Made by a program: the position numbers and the translations under genes. A stretch of DNA of 64,000 bases. Origin: Clostridiales bacterium. Lineage in GTDB: Bacteria > Bacillota > Clostridia > Oscillospirales > CAG-382. Positions 26,900-34,201 of the stretch are shown here, one piece after another. The stretch covers positions 474-64,473 of the forward strand of contig SFLA01000002.1 of NCBI GenBank assembly GCA_004553575.1, written 5' to 3'. Position 1 is the stretch's first letter, and every line of letters starts with the position of its first letter. Under the pieces are notes generated by a model. The model did no database searches. It worked only from the letters and a program-made list of their open reading frames with translations, and was not told the origin of the DNA.

Positions 26900-28405
26900 A
26901 TGAAAAAGCTTACCATTATTATGTTGTGTCTGCTGCTGACAGCCGGCTGTATGCTGGTGTCCTGCAACGGCGATAACGGCGATGTCTCACAGACGGCGAG
27001 CGATACCTCGACCGTATCGATCGATGGATACGACCCTGAAAGCGGTCGTTATGTCGCCGATCTTCCCGATTTCAAGTGGGACGCAACCAACGAGACCTAT
27101 TCGACCTTCAAGGTTTGCGTTTACAGCAATGTCATAGAGACCACTTATTTCTCAGAGGATATCGGATACGATCTGTATACGACCACAGACGAAGTTATTA
27201 ACGACGCTGTAAGAGAGCGCAATAACCTCGTGCTCGAAAAGACCGGCGTTACCGTGACCGCCTGCCCGGTCGACAAAGTTTTTACCGCAGTACAGAACGA
27301 CATTGTCGGCGGAACCCGTCTTTACGACGCAGCCATGCCGTTCATTGGCGACTGCGTAAAGCTCGCACAGGAGGGTCAGCTTCTGGCGCTCAATGACGAA
27401 ATGTTTGCCGATTATATCGATCTTTCGATGCCGTGGTGGGATCAGAAAGCGTCCGAGGCATTTTCGGTGTCTGACGTGTTGTTCTTCACGACCGGCGATA
27501 TAACCATAATGAATAAGATCGACACCTGGGCTATCACTTTTAATAAAGAGATGTACTCGACCCTTTTCCCGGGAGAAGATTCGCTTTACGATATCGTTAA
27601 GCAGGGCAAGTGGACCTACGATAAGCTTATAAGCATGGCAAAGACCGCCACCGTCGATAACGGCGACGGAGTTTGGGATTATAAGGATCAGTGGGGACTT
27701 TCCTCCGCATACGGCGATCCGATCGCTTATTATCTTGCTGCCGGTCAGTCGCTCTGCTCCAAGAACGCCGACGATCTCCCGTATCTTTCTATCGGCAGCG
27801 ACGCTTCCTTAAGGCTCGCTCAGGACATTCTCCAGGAGTTCTCGGTGAATAATTCATGGCGCATATACGCCCAGAGACTCGGAACTCCCAACATCTGGGT
27901 TACCGCTCTCGATATATTCGGTGAAGGCAGAGCGCTGTTCAGAACCAGCGTCTTTTCCGCCATCAAGAAGCTCCGCAATTACGATAACGGCATTGAGTTC
28001 GGTATAGTGCCGATGCCCAAGGGCAGCGAGGAGCAGGAGTCTTATCTTTCTCCCACCACCGGCGGTTACGGTATCGTAATACCCACCAGCGCTGCCGACC
28101 CCGAATTCTCCGCCTATATGATCGAGCTTATCGCGTCCGAGGCGAAGAACACGCTTACCCCCGCTTACTACGAGACCACCCTTAAATCGAGAGACGCCCG
28201 TGACGACGAATCCGAGGAAATGCTCGATCTGATATTCGGAAATCTTAACTACGATATAGGTCAGATCTATGATTTCGGCGGAGTCGCCTCGATGTTCTAC
28301 ACTCTCGCCAGTTCCGACAGAAGCGATATAGCCTCTTCACTGGAACAGATACAGGGTACCATTGAAGCCAAGATAGAAGAGACCATAGAGAATTTCAGAG
28401 ACTGA
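26900..28405 (+). CDS. large extracellular solute-binding lipoprotein (paralog 4)
   Basis: GGAGGA RBS, lipobox LVSC, 501 aa. Confidence 0.8.
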   Translation: MKKLTIIMLCLLLTAGCMLVSCNGDNGDVSQTASDTSTVSIDGYDPESGRYVADLPDFKWDATNETYSTFKVCVYSNVIETTYFSEDIGYDLYTTTDEVINDAVRERNNLVLEKTGVTVTACPVDKVFTAVQNDIVGGTRLYDAAMPFIGDCVKLAQEGQLLALNDEMFADYIDLSMPWWDQKASEAFSVSDVLFFTTGDITIMNKIDTWAITFNKEMYSTLFPGEDSLYDIVKQGKWTYDKLISMAKTATVDNGDGVWDYKDQWGLSSAYGDPIAYYLAAGQSLCSKNADDLPYLSIGSDASLRLAQDILQEFSVNNSWRIYAQRLGTPNIWVTALDIFGEGRALFRTSVFSAIKKLRNYDNGIEFGIVPMPKGSEEQESYLSPTTGGYGIVIPTSAADPEFSAYMIELIASEAKNTLTPAYYETTLKSRDARDDESEEMLDLIFGNLNYDIGQIYDFGGVASMFYTLASSDRSDIASSLEQIQGTIEAKIEETIENFRD

Positions 28406-28468
28406 TCCTTCGTAAAAAACGGCAGCGCAAACGGTTTGCGTAAGCGCTTCCGGATATAACCGGAAAAA

Positions 28469-28499
28469 CCGCGGAAATATACAGTTTCCGCGGTTTTTT
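28469..28499 (+). terminator. intrinsic terminator
   Basis: CCGCGGAAA (28469-28477) pairs with TTTCCGCGG (28485-28493), followed by TTTTTT. Confidence 0.85.
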
Positions 28500-28631
28500 G
28501 CGCGTTTTTTACTGTTTTGCGGTTTTTCGTCCTGACGGTGCATTCATTTCCTTACATATTATGTTCCGGAATGAGCAAATTAAACCCGATGCGAAAATCA
28601 TTCAGCGAAAAAACGGAATCAGGGTGAGGAT

Positions 28632-29642
28632 ATGAAGTTTTTAAGGCGGACGTTTTTTGTATTGATCTGTCTGGCGCTTGTGTTCGCGGTTACGGCTGCG
28701 CCCGGAGTGTCGGCGGAACGAATGAAGCTTATTCCGGGAGGAATGAGCTTCGGAGTTAAGTTTTTCACGGACGGAGCCGTGGTTGTCGGTATCACCGGAG
28801 TCGAAACAAACGCGGGGCTGGTCTGCCCCGCATCGGATTCGGGGATATCGGTGCGTGACGTGATAACCGCCGTGAACGGTGAAAAGCTCGCTTCGGCCGA
28901 GGATCTTATCGAAGCGATACGAGGCGGCAACGGCAGCGAGCTTAAGCTGTCGGTAACGGATACCGACGGAAACCTGCGCGACGTCACGGTTAAACCCGCA
29001 AAGGGCACCGACGGTGTTTACCGTATAGGCGTCTGGGTAAGGGATTCCACGGCGGGCATCGGAACGGTTACGTTTATCAGCGCCGAAAACGGCTTCTTCG
29101 GCGGGCTCGGCCACGCGATATGCGACGTCGATACCGGTATAATACTGCCGGTCGGAAAAGCATATGTCGTCGATGTCGATATAACCTCGATCGTAAAAGG
29201 CAGGGAAAAGACTCCGGGGGAGCTTAAAGGCACCTTCGGTACCGCGGTGAAGGGCGAGATAATCACGAACTGTGAAGTCGGAGTTTTCGGCACTTACACC
29301 GATCCTCCCGAATCACTGCGCGAGCCGATGGAAGTCGGAAAGGCGAGCGAGCTGATGGCGGGTGATGCCACCGTCCTTTGCGCGGTCGACGGCACGGTGA
29401 AGGAATACGGAATCGAGATAGTCAAAATCTATAAGGATTCGGGGAACACAAAGAACTTCCTTATAGAGGTGACGGATCCCGAGCTGCTCAAGCTTACCGG
29501 AGGAATCGTTCAGGGTATGTCGGGCAGTCCGATAATTCAAAACGGCAGAATAGTGGGAGCTGTGACCCACGTGCTTGTTAACAACCACACGCGGGGATAC
29601 GGTATCCACATCGAGAATATGCTGTCGGGCTCATCGCAATAA
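28632..29642 (+). CDS. spoIVB: SpoIVB peptidase (S55), stage IV sporulation protein B
   Basis: N-terminal TM, PDZ-like region, GIGTVTFI, catalytic-region blocks GGLGHAICD and QGMSGSPI. Immediately upstream of spo0A, as in Bacillus. Confidence 0.9.
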   Translation: MKFLRRTFFVLICLALVFAVTAAPGVSAERMKLIPGGMSFGVKFFTDGAVVVGITGVETNAGLVCPASDSGISVRDVITAVNGEKLASAEDLIEAIRGGNGSELKLSVTDTDGNLRDVTVKPAKGTDGVYRIGVWVRDSTAGIGTVTFISAENGFFGGLGHAICDVDTGIILPVGKAYVVDVDITSIVKGREKTPGELKGTFGTAVKGEIITNCEVGVFGTYTDPPESLREPMEVGKASELMAGDATVLCAVDGTVKEYGIEIVKIYKDSGNTKNFLIEVTDPELLKLTGGIVQGMSGSPIIQNGRIVGAVTHVLVNNHTRGYGIHIENMLSGSSQ

Positions 29643-29697
29643 TGAATGTGCAAAAACGGCGGCGCCGGTATTATCCGGAGCCGCCGGATATCCGGAT

Positions 29698-29737
29698 ACG
29701 CCTTCGCGGAACAAACCGCGGAGGCGTTGTGTTATTT
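29698..29737 (+). terminator. intrinsic terminator after spoIVB
   Basis: ACGCCTtCGCGG (29698-29709) pairs with CCGCGgAGGCGT (29716-29727), followed by TGTGTTATTT. Confidence 0.7.
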
Positions 29738-29888
29738 CAAAGTATTTACCTGAACTCGATACAGCCTGTTATACATAACGCGGCTTTTATAAGCGCGGCG
29801 GAGGTGCCGTGCCGGCGGTAATCCGCGTCGGAAATTTCCGTGCGGGTGTCCGCTCCTCTGCACATCAGGCGGTTGTTTTGGCAGTATA

Positions 29889-29895
29889 TGTCGAA
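29889..29895 (+). promoter_or_regulatory. consensus Spo0A box (TGTCGAA)
   Basis: Exact TGTCGAA lies 134 nt upstream of the spo0A ATG. Confidence 0.5.
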
Positions 29896-29920
29896 TGACG
29901 GTTGTTTATGTCACAAAAAA

Positions 29921-29972
29921 TGCCAAAAAATATATATTTTTTGCCAAAATACTATTGCCAAAAAATGCCAAA
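29921..29972 (+). repeat. four direct TGCCAAA heptamers
   Basis: TGCCAAA at 29921, 29942, 29956 and 29966, in an A/T-rich context. The last two overlap the -35 element and spacer of the spo0A promoter. Confidence 0.9.
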
Positions 29973-29983
29973 TATGTTATAAT
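29955..29983 (+). promoter_or_regulatory. sigma-A type promoter of spo0A
   Basis: TTGCCA (29955-29960), 17 nt, TATAAT (29978-29983). Confidence 0.6.
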
Positions 29984-30028
29984 TCGGTCAAACGGAAAAC
30001 ATAATGCTTGAAAGGAATGTAACGGAAA

Positions 30029-30811
30029 ATGGAAAAGCAGCAAAACAGGGCAAGAGTTTTCATCGCGGACGGATCGGCGGATTTCAGGCTGCAGTGCGCG
30101 CAGTATCTGCGCCGACAGGGGGTTGAGGTTGTCGGCGAAGCGGCGGACGGCAGGGAGGCGTTTGCGCGGATAGCCCGTGCGAAGCCGAATGTCGTGATAA
30201 GCGAACTGTATCTAAGCAAGCTCGACGGAGCGGGTCTGATAAGGGAGTGCAAGAAGCAGCTTGGAGATTCCTTTCCCGCGTTCATAATGATGTCCTCCTT
30301 CAATGCGCAGGAGCTGTTCGAGGAGTGCTGCGAATCCGGCGCGTCTTACTGTATGATAAAGCCGCCCGATTTTGTAATGCTCACCGAGAGAGTCCGGCGG
30401 CTTGCCGACCGCACCCGCCGACGTATCGGCATGCGCATGCCTCCGGACGAGACCGATCTGGAAGCACAGGTTACGAAAATAATACATCAGATAGGCGTTC
30501 CGGCGCATATAAAGGGGTATCAGTACCTGCGGACGGCAATAATAATGACGATAAACGATAACGACATAATCAATTCGGTGACAAAGGTGCTGTATCCGTC
30601 GGTTGCCAAGCAGTACGGGACAACCTCCTCGCGTGTGGAGCGTGCCATACGCCATGCAATAGAGGTCGCATGGGACCGCGGAGATCTTGACGTGCTCAAT
30701 TCGTTTTTCGGATACACCGTGCAGAATTCCCGCGGAAAGCCGACCAATTCCGAATTTATAGCAATGATTGCCGATAATCTGAGGCTTCGCAACAAAGCGC
30801 TGACAGTCTGA
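30029..30811 (+). CDS. spo0A: sporulation master regulator Spo0A (atypical receiver domain)
   Basis: The C-terminal domain is nearly invariant versus Bacillus Spo0A ([45 protein letters not shown]). The N-terminal receiver domain has DG instead of DD, and Glu at the acceptor position. Confidence 0.92.
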   Translation: MEKQQNRARVFIADGSADFRLQCAQYLRRQGVEVVGEAADGREAFARIARAKPNVVISELYLSKLDGAGLIRECKKQLGDSFPAFIMMSSFNAQELFEECCESGASYCMIKPPDFVMLTERVRRLADRTRRRIGMRMPPDETDLEAQVTKIIHQIGVPAHIKGYQYLRTAIIMTINDNDIINSVTKVLYPSVAKQYGTTSSRVERAIRHAIEVAWDRGDLDVLNSFFGYTVQNSRGKPTNSEFIAMIADNLRLRNKALTV

Positions 30812-30834
30812 TAAATACATATAAACCGGATTTC

Positions 30835-30877
30835 CGCCGGGGTAAAAGGGCAATATCCCTTTCCCCGGCGGTTTTTT
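30835..30877 (+). terminator. intrinsic terminator after spo0A
   Basis: CCGCCGGGGtAAAAGGG caatat CCCTTTCCCCGGCGG, followed by TTTTTT. Confidence 0.85.
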
Positions 30878-30979
30878 GCCGTTTTCTTTCCATTCGTGCC
30901 CGTGTACGCCGCAAGTCGCGGCGGCATAAAATAGAACGGGAAGTATATTTACCCGAAGCAACTCATGGGAGATGAAAAA

Positions 30980-31219
30980 ATGAACGAATCAATTACGCTT
31001 AAGGAGCTTCGCCCCGGGTGCCGCGCAGTGGTAAGCGGGATGTCGTCATCCGGCAGTATGCGCCGGAGACTTATGGATATAGGGCTTACGGAAAACACGA
31101 CGGTGGAGTGTGTCGGCAGAAGCGCGGCGGGCGATCCGTCGGCATATCTTATACGGGGTGCGGTTATCGCAATCCGCTCCGAGGACAGCGAAAAAATAAC
31201 GGTCAGGATAAGAAGGTGA
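30980..31219 (+). CDS. feoA: ferrous iron transport protein A
   Basis: ATG 30980 follows GGGAGA. FeoA SH3-like blocks (LKELRPG, RRLMDIGL, AIRSEDSEKI). Confidence 0.8.
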   Translation: MNESITLKELRPGCRAVVSGMSSSGSMRRRLMDIGLTENTTVECVGRSAAGDPSAYLIRGAVIAIRSEDSEKITVRIRR

Positions 31220-33318
31220 AGCTGGTGGAGTATACAGGAGCTCCGCTTGCACGGAGAGCAGGAGCAAAAGGGGTGATAGCGCTGGCCGGGAACCCGAATG
31301 TTGGCAAAAGCACCGTGTTCAACGGGCTCACCGGAATGAAGCAGCACACCGGAAACTGGCCCGGTAAGACGGTAAGCGGCGCTTCCGGCGTTTGCGGCGA
31401 CCTTATTCTGGTAGATCTTCCCGGCACATATTCGCTTTTTGCACGCTCCGCAGAGGAGGATGTAGCGCGTGAATACATCTGCTTCGGAGATTCGGATGCG
31501 GTTGCTGTGGTATGCGATGCGGTATGCCTCGAACGCAACCTGAATCTGGTGCTCCAGATTGCCGAGACGGCAAAACGTCTTATTGTCTGCGTTAATCTTA
31601 TGGACGAGGCAAAGAAAAAGCGTATCGGCATAGATCTGGCTCTGCTGTCCGACCGGCTCGGTGTGCCGGTGGTCGGCACTGCCGCCCGCGACCGCCGCAG
31701 TCTGCGGTCGCTCAGGGAGGAAATGGAAAAATGCGCTTCGGGAGGGATTCCGCGAAGCGGCATACGGATTTCTTACCCTCCGGTAATCGAATCGGCGTCA
31801 AAAACGGTCGAGGACGCGCTGTCCGACCGTTGCTCCGGTTTAAGTCCGCGCTGGGTAAGTCTGCGCCTGCTGGAGGGTGATCCGGAGCTGACGGCGGGAA
31901 TAAACGAGCATTTGGGTTACGATATTACTTCGGTGCCGGAGGTGGCGGAAGCGCTCGCTTCGGCAGTCGGACTGCTCAATGAAAACGGGCTGAGCCGCGA
32001 CCGTGTGCGGGATTCGCTTGCGTCGTCGGTAGTGGCGGAGGCGGAGCGTATATGCGAAGGAGTCGTCACCTGCGGCGACCCGCATACAGAGTCTCGCGAC
32101 AGGCGTATAGACCGTATTCTTACCGGAAAGTTAACGGGATATCCGATAATGCTGTTTCTGCTTGCCGTTATATTCTGGATAACAATAACCGGCGCAAATT
32201 ACCCGTCCGAGCTTCTTTCGGATCTGTTCGGCAGGCTCGAAAAGCAGATCACACGGCTGTTCTTTGCTCTGGGGTCGCCCGAATGGCTGCACGGCGTGCT
32301 TGTGCTAGGCGGGTACCGGGTGCTGGCATGGGTGGTATCCGTAATGCTGCCGCCGATGGCGGTGTTTTTCCCGCTGTTCACTCTGCTCGAGGATCTCGGG
32401 TATCTGCCGCGTGTGGCGTATAATCTCGACCGCCCGTTCAAATGCTGCGGCTCCTGCGGCAAGCAGGCACTGACAATGTGCATGGGATTCGGCTGCAACG
32501 CAGTAGGTGTTACCGGCTGCCGGATAATCGATTCCCCGCGTGAGCGTCTGCTCGCGGTGATAACCAACAGCTTCGTGCCCTGCAACGGCAGATTCCCGAC
32601 TTTGATTGCACTGATATCCATGTTTTTCGTAGGTACGGCTGCAGGCGGACTTTCCTCCGTGTTGTCGGCGCTTGCGCTTACCGGGGTGATACTGCTCGGA
32701 ATAACGGCGACCTTTGCCGTCACCGGACTGCTTTCGGGAACGCTGCTCAAAGGGGTGCCTTCCTCGTTCACGCTTGAGCTTCCGCCGTACCGAAGACCTC
32801 AGATAGGCAGGATTATCGTACGGTCGGTGCTTGACAGAACATTGTTTGTGCTCGGCAGAGCCGCCGCCGTCGCGGCGCCTGCGGGAATAATTATCTGGCT
32901 GACCTCCAATATAACTGTCGGCGGCGAAAGTATACTGAGCATATGCGCCGGGTTTCTTAATCCGCTGGGCACGCTTATGGGGCTTGACGGGGTTATACTC
33001 ATTGCATTTATACTCGGGTTTCCGGCAAACGAGATAGTACTGCCCATAATCATAATGGCTTATACCGCTCAGGGCAGTCTGGCCGGCATGGAGGGATTGG
33101 ACAGCGTGCGGAGTCTGCTTGCAGAAAACGGCTGGAGCTGGATAACCGCGGCGTGCACGGTGTTGTTTTCGCTGTTCCACTGGCCCTGCTCTACGACCCT
33201 TCTGACAATTAAGAAAGAGACCGGAAGCCTGAAATGGACGGCGATTGCCGCCGCGGTACCTACCGCAATCGGAATCGCGTCGTGTATTGTCTTTGCCGCA
33301 GTTGCCCGGCTGTTCTGA
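31216..33318 (+). CDS. feoB: ferrous iron transport protein B
   Basis: GTG 31216 overlaps the feoA TGA (GTGA). G-domain GNPNVGKST, DLPG. Large polytopic C-terminal domain. Confidence 0.9.
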   Translation: MKLVEYTGAPLARRAGAKGVIALAGNPNVGKSTVFNGLTGMKQHTGNWPGKTVSGASGVCGDLILVDLPGTYSLFARSAEEDVAREYICFGDSDAVAVVCDAVCLERNLNLVLQIAETAKRLIVCVNLMDEAKKKRIGIDLALLSDRLGVPVVGTAARDRRSLRSLREEMEKCASGGIPRSGIRISYPPVIESASKTVEDALSDRCSGLSPRWVSLRLLEGDPELTAGINEHLGYDITSVPEVAEALASAVGLLNENGLSRDRVRDSLASSVVAEAERICEGVVTCGDPHTESRDRRIDRILTGKLTGYPIMLFLLAVIFWITITGANYPSELLSDLFGRLEKQITRLFFALGSPEWLHGVLVLGGYRVLAWVVSVMLPPMAVFFPLFTLLEDLGYLPRVAYNLDRPFKCCGSCGKQALTMCMGFGCNAVGVTGCRIIDSPRERLLAVITNSFVPCNGRFPTLIALISMFFVGTAAGGLSSVLSALALTGVILLGITATFAVTGLLSGTLLKGVPSSFTLELPPYRRPQIGRIIVRSVLDRTLFVLGRAAAVAAPAGIIIWLTSNITVGGESILSICAGFLNPLGTLMGLDGVILIAFILGFPANEIVLPIIIMAYTAQGSLAGMEGLDSVRSLLAENGWSWITAACTVLFSLFHWPCSTTLLTIKKETGSLKWTAIAAAVPTAIGIASCIVFAAVARLF

Positions 33319-33328
33319 AAACGACCTA

Positions 33329-33358
33329 TAAAAAACGGACGGCGTTCAAAGCCGTCCG
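33329..33358 (-). terminator. intrinsic terminator (minus-strand orientation) between convergent genes
   Basis: CGGACGGC (33336-33343) pairs with GCCGTCCG (33351-33358). On the minus strand the stem is followed by TTTTTT. Confidence 0.7.
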
Positions 33359-33377
33359 GATTACATAAAATCACGGA

Positions 33378-34061
33378 TTATTCCGCAGATGTATCCGCAA
33401 TATAATCGGTATTATACAAGGGGCTGTATTCGATATTCGCGGTACCTACCGGCAGCGAATGCGATGTGGTCAGCACTACGGAGGAATCTGCAAGTACGAT
33501 TCTGCAGACATGGTTGTCGCCGTAGGTGACGGTGAGCCCGTTCACGTAATTGTCGAGCAGCTCGACGGGGATAAGCCAGTCGTCCTCGGTGAACAGCACC
33601 GGCGACGAAAGACGGCATGGCGTGTCGTTCACGAGTATCGACGAGGAGTTTGAAAAACACTCGATATAGTCATCGGTATCGGGAAGTATCAGCGCTATAC
33701 GGTTTGCGTCGCCGGTAATGGAAATCGGGCAAAGCCTGTTCAGAGTGGTGAAGGACACGTACAGACCGTAGGCGTTGTTTGCCGCGGAGGCGCTGACCGA
33801 AAAAACCTTTTTGTCGCCGAGACAGCCCTCGACCGAATAAACCTTATCGTTTTCCGCTACCGAATTGAATGAAAGGATACCGTAAATGGCAATAATCGCA
33901 CCGATGCAGATATAAACGGTAAGCAGCAGTGCCGTAACGGCAACGGCGCGCTCGCGGCGGCGGCGTTTCCGGCGGATCGCACGCGCACGCTTTGCGTCAC
34001 GCGCGGTGATTTCGTCCGGCGTAAGCTCGCGGCGGCGTGTCTTAACCTGCTTCTCTGCCAT
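33378..34061 (-). CDS. membrane-anchored hypothetical protein
   Basis: AAAGGAG RBS. Arg/Lys-rich N-terminus, a single TM (AVTALLLTVYICIGAIIAIYGIL), and an extracytoplasmic domain whose ..ILVNDTPCRLSSPVLFTEDDWLIPVELL.. region loosely resembles copper-amine-oxidase-N-like stalk domains. Confidence 0.55.
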   Translation of the reverse strand: MAEKQVKTRRRELTPDEITARDAKRARAIRRKRRRRERAVAVTALLLTVYICIGAIIAIYGILSFNSVAENDKVYSVEGCLGDKKVFSVSASAANNAYGLYVSFTTLNRLCPISITGDANRIALILPDTDDYIECFSNSSSILVNDTPCRLSSPVLFTEDDWLIPVELLDNYVNGLTVTYGDNHVCRIVLADSSVVLTTSHSLPVGTANIEYSPLYNTDYIADTSAE

Positions 34062-34201
34062 TGATGCGTCTCCTTTCTTGCTTTTTCGCGTTTTGATTTA
34101 TCACTGTTCATGAAAAGTATATCACATTTCAGGCGGATTTGAAAGGGCTTTTTAACAAATATCCGCAAAAACGCATACATTTACTTTGGGAGGGCGGCAA
34201 T

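Noticed and set aside
28535-28565. Possible forespore sigma-F/G type promoter (GCATT ... CATATTA) upstream of spoIVB
   Set aside because: The spacer between the two elements is only about 10 nt instead of 17-18, so it cannot be called from sequence.
29921-29972. TGCCAAA repeats as a possible CRISPR-like or minisatellite array
   Set aside because: The units are 7 nt with irregular 3-14-nt gaps inside a promoter. No spacers or cas genes are present. They are interpreted as regulatory half-sites instead.
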